Source: Negaprion brevirostris
Taxonomy: Eukaryota
DNA length: 64,000 nucleotides
Assembly (NCBI GenBank): GCA_030324005.1
Contig: JARDVH010000059.1
Coordinates: 65,704,132 to 65,768,131, forward strand
Direction of reading: 5' to 3'
A program made the translations under genes and the position numbers. Positions 1-13,542 of this stretch are shown piece by piece (within the stretch, counting starts at the first letter, position 1; every line of letters starts with the position of its first letter). Under the pieces are notes generated by a model that worked only from the letters and a program-made list of their open reading frames with translations, was not told where the DNA came from and made no database searches.

Positions 1-117
1 TAAGGGTCATGGGTGGAGGGGGGACTGGTAATATTAAAATGGTGGTGCGGGCTCGTTGGGCCGAAGGGCCTGTTTCCTGGGCTGTTTTTGTTCTTTGAAA
101 AATGGTTGAGGGACAGA

Positions 118-1110
118 ACCAAAAATTATGAATAAATGGGTTGTTTTCAAGTTGGCAGGCTGTGACAAGTGGGGTGTGATGATGATCAATACTTGGGATC
201 CATGTAATATTTCCAGGTTTGCAGTTGACACAAAAATAAGTGGATGTGCAAATCATGAGGAGGATGCAAAGGTGCTCCAAGAGGATTTGGAGAGGTTAAC
301 TGAGGAGGCAAAAGTATGGCAGATGGAATGCAATGTGGAAAATGTAAGACCATCCACTTTTGTAGGGAAAAACAGAAATGCAGAGTATTTCTTAAATGGT
401 GAGAGGCTAAGTTGAATGTCAAAGGTCCTTAGGTGTTTGTTCTTGTTCATGAATCACTGAAAGCAAACATGCAGGTACAGCAGCAGTTAAGAAGGAAAAT
501 TGGTATTTTGGCTTTTATTATAAAGGGATTTGCGGGTAGGAGTAAAGATGTCTTATTGCAATTATATAGAGCCTCAGTAAGGCCAAACCTGGAGTGCTGT
601 ACACAGTTTTGATTTCCTTCCTGAAGGAAAGATATACTTGCACTGAGGGAGTACAACAAAGGTTCACCAAACTAATTCCTGGGTTGGAGGGATTGCCCTG
701 CAAGGAAAGATTAAATGGACTAGGCCTTTATTTCCTGATGTTTAGAAAGAATGAGAGGTGATCTTACTCAAGCATACAAAATTATTATTTCGGGCTTGAC
801 AGATGCAGGAAGGATGTTTCCCCTATATGGGCGATTTAGAATCAGGTATACTGTCTCAGAGTAAGGGACAGGCCATTTAGGACTGAGGTGAGGAGGAATT
901 TTTTCAGTTAGAGGACGGTAAATCTTTTGAATTCTCTACCCTAGAGGGTTGTGGAGTCTCAATGATTGAGTTAAAGGTCAAGGTCGAAGAGATTTCTACA
1001 TGTTGTAAGTTAATCAAGGGATGTGGGGATGGTGCAGGAAATGATGTTGAATAGCAGAGTGGCCTCAGAAGGGCTGAATGGCTTATGCCTGCTCCTATTT
1101 CTTATGTTCT
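118..1110 (+). mobile_element. CR1/HER1-type LINE 3' fragment (degenerate RT end and 3' UTR)
   Basis: FAVDTKI...LQEDLERL..AKVWQMECNV; aggccaaacctggagtgctgt motif; 3' end gctcctatttcttatgttct. Confidence 0.85.
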
Positions 1111-1131
1111 TTCTTTCTTTCTTTCTTACAG

Positions 1132-1215
1132 GTGTACAAAGTGATGGTGACAGTGGGTAGGAATGAATGGTTTGTCTTGAGACGCTATGCCGAGTTTGAT
1201 AAATTGTACAACGCT
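1132..1215 (+). CDS. SGK3: SGK3 coding exon 1 of 15 in window (PX domain)
   Basis: ttacAG|GTGTAC...AACGCT|GTaagt; 84 nt, [28 protein letters not shown], matches the SGK3 PX domain ([11 protein letters not shown]). Confidence 0.96.
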
Positions 1216-1439
1216 GTAAGTTTGGCGTTCCGTATGCATGTGCACAATAATACTTGATTCATGCTTTTCTACAGGTCTATGCAGAACACCAATTAGCTAT
1301 TTTATCATTCAGAATATGTATGTTTACTTTGCCAATCATTTTACAATTGGTTGTTATCAGTGTCAACATTTTCTTGGTCCTGTATGTTCATCTCTACCCT
1401 TGAACTTGCAGCTTTCATTTAAAGACATTCTCTAGTGTA

Positions 1440-2528
1440 AGGATGAGCCCGTAGTGTTGGGAGTAGTGTATTAGCATGGATAGAGGATCAGCTAACCAAT
1501 AGAAGACAGTGTTGGGATAAGAAGGGAATTTTCAGGATGGCAACCTGTAATTAGTGGAATGCTACATGGATAAGTGCTAGGGCCACAGTTATTTTCAATA
1601 TATATTAATGACTTGGAAGAGGAAAATGGATGACACATAGTTAGATGGGAAGTCAAGTGGTGAGGATGACGGAGTTTACAGAAGGATATGGACAGGTTAA
1701 GTGAGTGGACAAAAAGATGGCAGATGGAATATAATGTGGAAAAATATTAAGTTATGCACTTGGGAGTTGAATATTATTTAAATGGAGAAAACTGCAGCAC
1801 AAAGGAATTTGGGGGTCCTCTTGCATAAATCACAAAAAGCTAGCATGCAAGTTCAGCAGATAATAGGCAAGGCAAATGGAATATTGACCTTCATTTGAAA
1901 GATAATGGCATAAAAATAGACAAATTTGCTAAAACTATACAAGTCACCAGTTAGCCCACATCTGGAATACTGTGAATGGTTTTGGTCGTCTTATCTAAGG
2001 AACAATATCCTGACGTTGGAGGTAGTCCAGAGAAGATTCACCAGGTTGATTCCAGGTATGGAGGGATTTTCTTACGAAGAGGTTAAGTAGATTGGGCCTG
2101 TACTCATTGGACTTTAGAAAAATGAGAGGCAACCTTATTGAGACACATCAGATTCTAAGGGAACTTCGCAGGGTAGATGCTGAAAGGTAGTTTTTCCCTT
2201 CTGGGCGAGTCTCGGACCATTGGGATTAATCTCAGAGTAAGGGGTCACCCACTTAAGACAGTGATGAGAAGGAATTTCCTCTCTGAGGAAACTGAATCAG
2301 TGGAATTGTTTACTACAGGGCTGTGGAGGCTAGGTCATTAAAAGCATGTTCAAGGCTGAGATAGACAGATGCTTATCAGTAAGGACATTAAGGGTTATGG
2401 GGATAAGGCAGGAAAATGGAGTTGAGGATTGTCATATTGGATCAGTCATGATCTCATTAAATAGTGGAGCAAATCTGATGGGCCGATTGGCCTTGTTCTG
2501 CTCCTATGGTGTTGTGGTCTTATGATCT
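1440..2528 (+). mobile_element. CR1/HER1-type LINE 3' fragment
   Basis: tggcagatggaatataatgtg, agaaaaatgagaggcaaccttattgag and the 3' tail; multiple stops and frameshifts. Confidence 0.85.
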
Positions 2529-2756
2529 TTCTTCAAATATATATTACTCATAAAATGGCATTTATTTTATAAATGATTTGTTTCTCAAATTAGTACCTAA
2601 TGTTTGGCATAGAGTGAGTACAATTAAGGCTAAAATTTTCTCTATACTTCCAGGATCAGGATGGAAAAAAATAGATCTTAACCTCAGCTTCCCGCATTTG
2701 TGTCCCTGACACTAAATATTGCTTGAACCAAGGATTACCTCAAACAACAATTTTTG

Positions 2757-3016
2757 ATTTTAAAGTTTATTAATTTGTGTCACAAGTAGGCTTACATCAA
2801 CACTGCAATGAAGTTACTGTGAAAATCCCTAGTTGCCACACCCTGGTGCCTGTTGGGTACACTGAGGTAGAATTAGCTTAGCCAGTGCACCTAACAAGCA
2901 CATCTTTTTGACCGTGGGAGGAAACCAGAGCGCCCAGAGTAAATCCGCACGGACACTCAGCCAAGCCGGGATTCAAATCTGGGTCCCTAGCACTGTGAGG
3001 CAGCAGTGCTAACCAT
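2757..3016 (-). mobile_element. HE1-like tRNA V-SINE
   Basis: Reverse complement reads ggttagcactgctgcctcacagtgctagggaccc...ggtttcctcccac (tRNA head plus V domain). Confidence 0.75.
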
Positions 3017-3316
3017 GTTTTAAGCTTTTCATTGCCAAATTATAAATTAACTTAGAGTTGAGCTATAATGTCAGATGTAGATAAGTTATTTTTTTTTGCA
3101 AATAGCTAGTAACATACAGTTCTTTATAAAATTGCAAGGTTGAGCTCAAGCCAACTCCACAGCTCGACTACATTATCTGACCTGACACTTCTTTCAAATA
3201 AGATGCAAATTCAAGATAGATTCTGCGGTATTTTACAAGCAATTGAGCATTGAACTTTCTGTGTAGGCCAATATTGATTCATCAACCAGAACCAATTTAA
3301 AAAAAAAGTTAAAGGA

Positions 3317-3430
3317 AGAAACCCACAGACACAAGAAGAATGTGCAGACTCTGCACAGTGATCCAAGCTGGGAATCAAACCTGGGTCTCTAGCACTGTGA
3401 GGCAGCAATACTAACCACTGTGCCACCATA
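3317..3430 (-). mobile_element. HE1-like SINE 5' fragment
   Basis: Reverse complement reads gtggcacagtggttagtattgctgcctcacagtgctagagacccagg. Confidence 0.75.
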
Positions 3431-3529
3431 CTGTGATTAAGTAATTGTTTGCCTAAATTTAATATTTGCTTTAAACATTTTGTCAATCTAAGAATTCTTT
3501 TGATCTCTCTCAATCAAACCACCCAGGCT

Positions 3530-5400
3530 TACTGGCAGGCAGGCTGCAGAAGAGATCACATGACTTCATTAACCTTCAGTTTTGCCACAGGCCCAAAATA
3601 TAATAATCGTACACCCTGGGGTACACAATTGAGGTTTGTATCTCTATCGTATTTTGGAAATTCAACAGAGATTCCATCTTCTCCAGGGGCTTTGTTGTTT
3701 ATCAGTTGTCAAATGGATTATTAGATTTGCCATGGATCAGGGTAGTGCCAAGATTGAATCAGGTGGAATATTGAGGAATGGAGTTGAGGACGTGTACGTT
3801 AAAGGCAGCGACTCAGTTGAGGAATTCTTCGAAATGTTCTCTCCAGTGAGACCTGAATGCCTCCCTGTTCTTGTTGAGTTCATTTGCATTCTTGACTCTC
3901 AGCAGAGTGTGTCCTTGAGTGCTTCGGCCAGATTGTTTTGATAGTGCTGAAGAAACTGTCCACGTCAGTAGTCTCTGTGGACTGTTGGATCTCCTACCTT
4001 TCTACCCACCATTTATTCTTTTAGCAGGATTTATGCTGTCCCATGGCCTTCAACCACTGTAAATCTACTGCTTTTTCCTTGAGCTGTGGTTAAGTTTCCA
4101 GTCAATCAAATTTTTGCACAGATATTCGATTAGGTACCTCTTGGTTATTTTTGTCAAAGTAGTCATGATGTTTCCTGGTAGCGACATCAAGGATCTCTTT
4201 ACAGGTGGACTTTAGGGTGAACCAAGCACTGTGGGCTCCCTATAGCTCCTTGTAACTGGAGATTGAGAGGTTGGCAGTGAGGTTCTGACTGAAAAGAACT
4301 ACCTTGGTGGGATGTACGAGATCATAATTTTTTGCAGCATTGTTTCTGTTGCCTCTTCTGTTTGGGGGAACAGGCTGATGGAGATAGTAGATTAGATAAG
4401 GGAATTATCAGTCCAACACCCAACAATACCTTTGACAAAGGGCTATCAACAGCTTTGACAAAGGACCATCTGGACTCAATGTCAACTCTTTTCTCTCCTT
4501 ACAGATACTGCCAGACCTACTGAGACTTTCCAGCATTTTCTCTTTTGGTTTTTGATTCCAACATCCCTAGTAATTTGCTTTTAGCCAACAGTACCTATCA
4601 TAGGCTGGGTGATGTGGGCAACTCTGCAGACTCTTGCTTGAATGATTCAAGCAAGTGCCAATGTTTGGACCATAGGGATTGTCATGCGGTCTTGTGATTA
4701 TCTTGCTGGCAGAGCAGGGTGTGTGTTACGATGAGGTCCATGTTGTAGATGTTTCGTCAAGAGGAGTTGGAAACTCTCTTTTTTTCCTTCTTCTTCTTTG
4801 CCTGTCACACCCTTTGTAGAATTTTTTGTCTTTCCTGAATGGCATTGGAATCTCTGAGAAGGATCAGTTTGTCACCTCCTGGGACTCGGACTCAGGATTT
4901 CTGAAAGTTGTTATAGAATTCCCCCTTGGAAGGCAACTGTCTCAGCAGAGCAGGGCTTTGACCCAATGGCAAGGGCATTCCAAGACGATTGGAGGCCAAG
5001 TTCTGCTGTGGATGATTGTGCACAGATATATATGTAATCTGTGGCCAGAAATAGACTGAAACAAAAAAAACCTGTAGCCTGACAGAGGATCATTAGGAGA
5101 CTGAAGTTTCTCAATCGTTGCAGTGGTAGGAAAAGATAACAAACTGACCGGAACGTAGTCCAGAGCAGAAAATGTCATGACATCGAGAGGAGTCCAGGAA
5201 TTTGATAAGCTTGAGAGATGATATAGATTTAGGTATTTCGACAGGATGGAGATCAGGAAAGAAGAAGAAAATAATAGCAGCAGATTCTCAATGGAGACAG
5301 GGTCTTATTTTATTTTTCCAATGCAGAAACAGAAAGGTGTCTCATGAAATCCAGCAATATGAAGCCAGATTTGGGAAAAAAATCTGGACCCAGCTTGTTT
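3530..5400 (-). mobile_element. Degenerate RTE-clade LINE
   Basis: Minus-strand peptides NNKAPGEDGISVEF (~3660-3700), (W)REHFEEFLN (~3815-3845) and TTWTS (~4730-4750), typical of RTE ORF2. Confidence 0.6.
4430..4585 (+). mobile_element. Penelope-like 3' tail inserted in RTE fossil
   Basis: acagatactgccagacctactgagactttccagcattttc tail. Confidence 0.5.
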
Positions 5401-5502
5401 CATACAGTACATTGGGGAATGGACTTTGATCAGACAGAGACTATTCTAACAATTAACTGGAAGTTTAAGTTAAAATGCACCCAGTTAGAACCAGGGGTTA
5501 AG

Positions 5503-5972
5503 GCAAACTACTGCGAATGCTGGAATCTGAAACAAAAACAGAAAATGCTGGAGAAACTCAACAGGCCTGAAAGAATCCGTGGAGAGAGAATAAAGCCAAT
5601 GTTTCGAGTCGGGATAATCCTTCATCAAAGCTGAAGGCAAAGAAAATTAGGCCAGATTTATACTCTGAGGTTGGGGGAGGGGAAGTAGGAGGTTTGCTGT
5701 AATTGGACAAAGGGAATGTAAATGGTGATGAGAAAGGATGAGGGGTGCTAAAAGCATCCTTTAAGTGATCAGAATGTGTGAATCGCAGAACAAAGGTACA
5801 GATTGTTAGAGGACTAACTGAGGACTATCCTAGGGCCAACTGCCACATTTCTTAGTTCATCCCCTAACAATCTGTACTTTTGTTCGGCCATTCACACATT
5901 CCAGTTATTCAACGGATGCCGTTAGCATCTTTCTCNNNNNNNNNNTCTCAGCCTTTATCATCACCATTTACT
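5503..5972 (-). mobile_element. Penelope-like fragment with internal inversion
   Basis: Same tail family as 26195 and 4430; minus-strand TTGATGAAGG...CGAAAC hammerhead-like core near 5600-5630; ~5715-5820 is inverted relative to ~5860-5972. Confidence 0.55.
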
Positions 5973-6941
5973 GTCACATGTTATTAGAATTAGGGGAAGC
6001 TAATGCCATGCATTTTCATACCTATGTTGTTAGACATGTTGTTAGAATTAGGGGAACCTAATCAGTAGAAGTGAGGATTTCGAGGAGCAAAGCAATGGAT
6101 GGCCAGGTAGTGAGGAGCTCCTATACAGGGAGTGGGCTACACAGGGGTATCTTGGATAGAATCAAAAGTATCACATTCAAGATGTGACACAATAGTGTCA
6201 GAGGTATAAAATAACTTTTAAAAGACATTTTTTTAAGTAAACTTCAATCTGCAAACTTGCTTTATAAAAGAATAGTTAAACATTGATCTGAAGCCCTTTT
6301 TAGACATTTCATGCTTCAAATGATAAAATATGGACTGAGTATTTGAGGATTCTAGAAAGTTGGTGAAAAGCCATGTCACGGGAAGGTTTTGAATAAGCTT
6401 TTTAACAGTAGCCAGGAAATTATAAAATGTAGGGATTTTGGGTGAGAGTTCTTGAGAGTGGGATCAATGCAGCTAAAAGCTGTCAACTGAATGCTGGGGG
6501 AAGATGCATTGGAGTCTAGAGGTAGGAACAGTAAGGTTTAAATTGGTATGTATTCCAACAGTCACACTTATATTTCACAATGTATACAGATATAATACGG
6601 AAAGCAAAAGAAAGGCAATCATCTCCATGTTTGTTTTGAACTGTGGCCAGAAATTTCAAAACCATTGCCCGCTGATCTTGAGAGTTATGTAATCTGGTGA
6701 CTTTTTCATGGGACATAACTTGTAACCATGGCATCAAAGAAACTGTTTGAGCAAGCCACTAAACATCATAACCATGTGTCAAACCACAGACCACCCATGA
6801 AAAAGCTCATGAGATCCACTTTTTTTGTGGTCCAGAAACACCCTTCCATGATTCAATATATTCTCTGCAGCAGAAATCTATTCAGTAAAAATGTTTTTGT
6901 AAAACAAATACTGATATATCTTCTTTTCCTGTCTGTATTAG

Positions 6942-7014
6942 CTAAAGAAGCAGTACCCTCAATTTCCCCTGAAGCTTCCTGCTAAAAGGATATTTGGCGA
7001 CAATTTTGATCCAG
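6942..7014 (+). CDS. SGK3: SGK3 coding exon 2 (PX domain)
   Basis: ttAG|CTAAAG...GATCCAG|GTaatc; 73 nt, [24 protein letters not shown]. Confidence 0.96.
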
Positions 7015-7189
7015 GTAATCTCTACTATAGATTTTTAAAAAGCAATATTGTTGAAATTAGGCTACACTTTGAATTTTTTTTTCTCTTCCAGCAATGCTAC
7101 TGATGTAAAGGAAATCTAAATGTGTCATATTGAGTAATAAATATGACTTGTAAAAGAGATTCACAACAGAATTTCTTGAATCCCTTCTT

Positions 7190-9710
7190 AACTTTTAAAA
7201 ATGAAATAGGAACCTGTATTGACCATATATGCCCTTCATCTGCTCCACCATTGAATACCATCATGGCTGCACTTTAGCTTCAAATCCACTTTCCTGCCTA
7301 CACCCCATTTCCCTGGATTCCCTGAGCCAAAAAAAAATCTGTATATCTTGACGTTAAATACATTGAACAACGGAGCACCCATAACTTTGAGATGGAGATT
7401 TCCAAAGATTCACTACACTTTGAGTTAAGAAATTTCTCCTCATCTTGGCCCTAATTGATAACCCCTTATCCTGAGACTGTGTCCCTATGTTCTTGGTTCC
7501 CCAGCCAATGGAAACAGTCCTCTGTGTCTACTTTGTCAAGCTCATACAGAATTATTTATGTTTCAATTAGATCACCCCTCGTTCTTCTAGACTCCAGAGA
7601 GTGCAGACACAATTTACTTGGCTTCTCGTTATAGGGCAAGCCTCTCAACCTAGGAACCAACCTGTTGAATCTTCACTGCACCACTTCAAGAGCAACTAGC
7701 AACTATAGCTTTCCGTAGATATGGAGACCAAAACTGCACAATACACATGATCTCTGCAAAGCCCAATATGGTTGTAGAAAAACTTCCTTATTCTTGTGGT
7801 CTAATCTCATTTCAATAAAGGCCAGTGTACATGAGAATTCTTGTTGCTTTCTGTTCCTGCATGCTAACTTGGTGCTGTTAAATTTTAAAAGGTATTTCAG
7901 TTCTTACTACCAAAGTGAATAACCTCTCACTTCCCCACATTATAATCCACTTTGCCCACTCACTTAAAATGCCTGTTTCTCTTTGTAGCTTATTTGTGCC
8001 CTCCATCCAGACATCTTATGTTCCTACCTAGGGGAACCTAATATCAAACCTGGATACATCACTCTCATTCCCTTGGACTGACTCATGAATATACGTTGGA
8101 AATAACTGAGGCCCAGCACTGAATCTTGCTGCACTTCACTAATTATAGCCTGCCAACTTGAAAATGCCCTGTTCATCTCTCCTCCCTGCTTTCTGTCCAT
8201 TAACCAATCTTCCATTTTGCTCATGTTTTACCCCTACCTCCTTGAGGCCTTGCACATTAACCTTTTGTATGGCACCATTTTGAGTGTCTTTTGGAAATCC
8301 AAATATTCTGCATTGACTGGAACTCTCTGATCCTACTAGTTACATCCTCAAAAAATTCTGAAAGGCTTGTTATGAAACCATGTTTGCTCATAGTTTGATT
8401 TTCAAAGTATATTATTGAGGCTTCTTTAATAATTGATTCCAGCATTTTCCCGACAATGATGACTGGCCAACTGGCCTCTAATTTCCCATTTTCTCTCTCT
8501 CCTGTCTTGAATAGTGGTGTTACATTTGCTAACTTCAGTCTTTTATATTCATTTATGGTATGTAGATGTTACTGGCAAAACCAGCATTTATTGCCCATCC
8601 TTAATTGCCTTCAGAAGGGGGTGATGAGCTGCCTTCTCGAACCGCTGCAGGCCCCAACGTATAGGGAGGGAGTTCCAGGATTTTGACCTAATGGCAGTGC
8701 TGGAACAATGATATATTCCCAAGTTAGGACGGTGAGCAACTTGGAGTGGAACTTTTAGGTGGTGCTGTCCCCAGATATTTGCCACTCTTGTCCTTCTAGA
8801 TGGTAGTGATTGTAGGTTTGGAAAGTGCTGCCGAAAGAACCTTGGTGAATTCCTGCAGTGCATCGTGTAAATAGCACATACAGCTGCCATTGATTGCTGG
8901 TGGTGGAGGGGATTGAAAGTTTGTGGAAGAAGTAGCAATCANNNNNNNNNNNNNNNNNNNNNNNNNNNNNNNNTATTGATTGTTAGAGCTGCACTCATCC
9001 AGACAAATGGAAAGTATCTATTATATTCCTGATTTGTGCTTGTCGATAGTGGACAGGCTTTGGGGAGTCAGGTGGTGAGTTACTCACACAGGATTCCTAG
9101 CTTTTGACTTCTCTGGTAGGCATACTATTTATATGGCTAGTTAGTTCAGTTTCTGATTAATGGTAAGTAACTCCCAGGGTGTTTATGGCGGGGGATTCAG
9201 CGATGGTAATGCCATTGAATGTTAGGGGACAATGGTTAGATCCTCTCTTGTTGGAGATTGTCATTCTGGCAGTTGTGAGGCGCACATGTCACCTGTCAGC
9301 CTAGGCCTGGATATTGACCAGGTCTTTTAAAATTTGGACATGGTTCTGCTTTATGGATAGCTGGGATTGTTCTAATATTTAGAGAATTTTGGAAATTCAC
9401 GTCCATTATCTCTGCAGCCACCTCAATTAGAATGCTAGAATGTCAGCCATCAAGTCCTAAGGATTTGTTGACTTTTAGTGCTTTACGTTCCTTGAATTTC
9501 ATTTCTCCATTGATAATATTCATTCAGTATCATTTCTGGGATAAGTAACCAAAGTTCCTCACTATTATTAGCCTCTTTTTTACCCTTTTTTCTAGTGTGT
9601 GATTTGTGTCTTCTGTTGTGAAAACAGGCACAAGATATTTGTTCAGTGTCTCTGACGTTTCCTCATTTCCTGTGATAGTTTCCCCCCAGATGTTTACTTT
9701 AGCTATTCTC
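7190..9710 (-). mobile_element. CR1 LINE fragment (minus) with a second LINE-family fragment nested at ~8550-9340
   Basis: CR1 RT motifs on the minus strand (EDWLMDRKQ, MLESIIKE); nested piece starts with the gcatttattgcccatcc tail also seen at 41040-41850. Confidence 0.75.
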
Positions 9711-9780
9711 CNNNNNNNNNNNNNNNNNNNNNNNNNNNNNNNNNNNNNNNNNNNNNNNNNNNNNNNNNNNNNNNNNNNNT

Positions 9781-10192
9781 TGGTAGGTGTTGATGTGATC
9801 GGTGCAACTCGTGGGCCGAAGGGCCTGTTTGTGCTGTAGTGTTCTATGTTCTATGAAAGAACAGGGCATTATCCAGCTAGTTCAGTTCTTGGAGTAGAGT
9901 CATAGAGGTTTACAGCATGGAAACAGACCCTCTGGCCCAACTTGTCCATGTGCCCTTTTTTTAAACCCCTAAGCTAATCCCAATTGCCTGCATTTGGCCC
10001 ATGTCCCTCTATACCCATGTAACTATCTAAATGCTTTTTAAAAGACAAAACTGTACCTGCCTCTTCTGCTACCTCTGGCAGCTTGTTCCAGACACTCACC
10101 ACCCTCTGTGTGAAAAAATTGCCCCTCTGGACACTTTTTTGTATCTCTCCCCTCTCACCTTAAACCTATGTCGTCTAGCTTTAAACTCCCCA
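9781..10192. mobile_element. Two CR1 3'-end fragments, tail to tail
   Basis: gggccgaagggcctgtt...ttctatgttctatg (+) and catagaggtttacagcatggaaacag (-). Confidence 0.7.
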
Positions 10193-10499
10193 CGGGCCAG
10201 AGAATTTGGCTGAACTTGAGTTTGACATTTAAAATGTAGCTGTCTTGAAAATATTTACAGTTATTTGAATTTTCAACACTTTCAGTTTCATTGTTTATAG
10301 CGGTTCATTATAGCAAATCGATTGAACTTACATAATGCAGTTATTTAAATCCCTGTCAAAGACAATTGATGTAAGAAATGTAATCGTGGGCTCAAATTTG
10401 CTGAGCTTGAGTAATAAGTCTGAGCAACAACACTGCATTATTCAACACAGCACTATGCAGGAGATGGAACCTGATTACCAAATTGCTGAGTAAGAAGAG

Positions 10500-11790
10500 A
10501 TATGAAGCTATTGGAGAGGATTCTTAAGGATAGGTTTTACGCACATTTGGAAAAACATTACCTAATTAGGGAAGTTCAGCATGGGCTCTGTGCAGGGCAG
10601 TTCATGTCTGTCTTGATTTTTGAAGAGGCGACAAAGGTGATTAATGAGGGTAGAACAGTGGATGTTGCCTATGTGGATTTTAATAAGGTTTTTGATAAGG
10701 CCTCATGGTAGGCTCATCCTGAAAATTAAGATGCCTGGGATCCATAGTGACTTGGCCACTTGAATTCAGAAATGGCTTGCCAATAGAAGTCAGACACTTG
10801 TGGCGGAAGGGTGTTTTTCCGGTTGGAGGTCTATGATGGGATCCGTACTGGGACCTCCGCTGTTTGTGATTGTGTGTATGTGTATATATTATATATATTG
10901 AAAATATAGATGGGTGTGTCAGTAAGTTTACAGATGACACAAAGGTGGGTGGAGTTTTGGCTAGTGTAAAAGGTTTTCATAGGAAATAGTGTTTTATAGA
11001 TCATTATAGATACATATATGGGTGGTGAAAATGGCAGATGTAATTTAATCTGGGCAAGTGTGAGGTGCTGCACTTTGGGAGATCATATGTTAAGGTAAGT
11101 GTACAGTTAATAGCAGAATCTTGAACAGTATTGATGTACAGAGGGATCTTGGAGTTCAAGTCCATAGCTCCCTGAAAGTGGCCACATAAATACATAAGGT
11201 GGTAAAGAAGATATATGACATACTTGCCTTTATTTGTTGGTGCATTGAGTACAAGAGTCAGAATGGCATATTGCAACTTTACAAACTTTGGTTAGGTTGC
11301 ACTTAGAGTACTGCGCTCAATTCTGGTCGACATATTACAGGAATGACGTGGAAGCTTTGGAGAGGGTGCAGAAGAGATTTACTAGGATGCTGACTGGATT
11401 AGAGGGTATAAGCTATAAGGAGAGGTTTGGATAAACCAGGGTTGTTTTCTCTGGAGCGGTGGAGACTGAGGGGAGACCTGATAGAAGTCTGTAAGATTAT
11501 GAGTGGCATAGATAGGGTTGACAGTCAGAATCTTTATCTCAGAGTTGAAATGTCTAATATTAGGGGGCATGCACTTGAGGTGAGAGGGGGAAAATTCAAA
11601 AAAGATGTCAGGGCAAGTCTTTTACACAACAGAGTAGTAGGCCTCTGGAATGCACTGCCAGGGGTAGTGGTGCAGGCAGGTACGAAAGGGGTTTTTAGAT
11701 GAACGTGTGAATATGCAAGAAAGAGGGAAGTGGACCAAAGGCAGGCAAATCAAAGGGCCTGTTCCTGTGTTGTACTGTTCTATGTTCTAA
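10500..11790 (+). mobile_element. CR1/HER1-type LINE 3' part
   Basis: KLLERILKDR..QHG..VDVAYVDFNKVFDK; GLFSLERWRLRGDLIEV; ttctatgttcta tail. Confidence 0.9.
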
Positions 11791-13542
11791 GACAAATGTG
11801 TCAAGATTGCAGTATTTGCAAGTGACTGTATAAGCATTAGAAGCTAAATCAGGAAATTGGAAGTATTACTTAGAATGGATGGGCATGTTGATGATTCTCT
11901 TACAGAATCTTGGTTTCATCAGCTTAATATCCCAGTTTTTTTTCAATTCTTGAGGAAAGTCAAGTCGATGAAAAGGGAGATGAGACAACCTTATTAATTA
12001 AATACACTCGATTGCAGCCATAGAGTATATCGAAATACTGGGTATGTACCTGAATAACCAGACTTTATTCTTGAATTACCTGTTGTTTAGTTTCTAAAAG
12101 GAATCACTTCTGTGGCTATATGCGTGCTCCAAGTTGCACAGAGTCAAAATCAGTAGTCATCTTGAGAGTGTCTGTGTCTGTAAAGAATTTTGAGAGTTAA
12201 GGAATAGAATTCATCCAGGTGGAAACCCTGCCATTTCTCCACCTCTTTATCCTATATCTATTCCTACTGCTGCAGTTACTTCTCTTCCACCACTGGCATC
12301 TGTTGAACCTGAGCCAGATCCCAGCCCAACTTGGGCATTGTAGACCCTGACTTTGGATGAACATTGCTGGGTGCAGCCTCCTGCTACTTGTTGCTATCTT
12401 ACCCTCTTTCATCCAGGTTGTGCTCAGTGTGATGGCAGAAGCAGGAGCAGCTGGAATAACTGCTCCAGTTCCCCCAGTCACAAGACCTTGCTCTCTCACC
12501 CTTGCTGATTCTCCAATCATAGATCCTATCTCTTGGAGGAGTAAGAGCAGGAGAGACAGAGCCTGTGGTTGGAGGAAGTGGAGCAATAAGCGTTGGAGTG
12601 GCAGAATCTGTTTGGGGCAGTTCCTTGTGGACTCTGTCTCTCCCATGTACTTTTCTCTCATTTATCACTCCCATCATTAATTTTATAAGGGTCTTTTGGG
12701 GCATTATGAAGGCAAATTTACCTGCTGCCTCTTTGTATTTGAACCCTGGTCTTTGAGAATATCTACTCTTGAACCACCCCTTCCAGCAGCAGGATGCAAT
12801 GACTCATTGTAGCAACTGTCAGGATATATAATGAGCATTTTAAATATGAAGACACCTGCAAAATAAAGACAGCTGCTGCCAGCCCTTCACTTCTCTGTAA
12901 TTTATAGCTTCCATTGTACATCAATGCAAATTTTGTGTTTTGTAATATTAAGGAAGGAATCTTTGTGTCTGACCATGTCTAGGATCCAACTTTTCTTGGG
13001 GTTCAAAAGCCACCATTGAGTGTAGAAATTGTATGGCTTCTTCCTATTGCGTCTTCAGCTGTCCCAAATGGAATTAGTGAAAGTGGAAAGAGAGAACTCT
13101 GTTTCTCTACTTGAGCACAGCTGCCTCAGCATCAGTGCCTTAAGTTTGCCTAATTTTGCTGTGAGGTTTTTTTTGCACTCCAGCCTCCACATGCAAAGCC
13201 CCTGTGTATGGAAACTAAATGAATGAGGGAGTGTCTGCAGTAGAACATTCTTCATTATTTGAAGTTGTACATCAGTCACATGCAGCATCTCTGTATGTAG
13301 GAATAGAATGATTAATTTGCATCTCAAAGATTTTATAAATTACTGAAACCATGTGTGCTCCTCAAGTTCGGTTTCATATTTTGTGCGTTCCTGTGGGCTT
13401 ATTGTAATTGAGCGAGCCTCAATTAGATATTACTTGGAAAATGCTTTGTAGGTTTTGAATTAATAGCACAAGAGTTGTATCGTGTTTATCTGAATTGATC
13501 AGGAGTGGAAGAATAAGACTTCTTGTGTTCTTTTCTTAACAG

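Noticed and set aside
12197-12756. Overlapping 100-154 aa ORFs on both strands in an SGK3 intron
   Set aside because: No recognisable domain or splice-compatible link to SGK3; moderately GC-rich, probably a decayed TE interior
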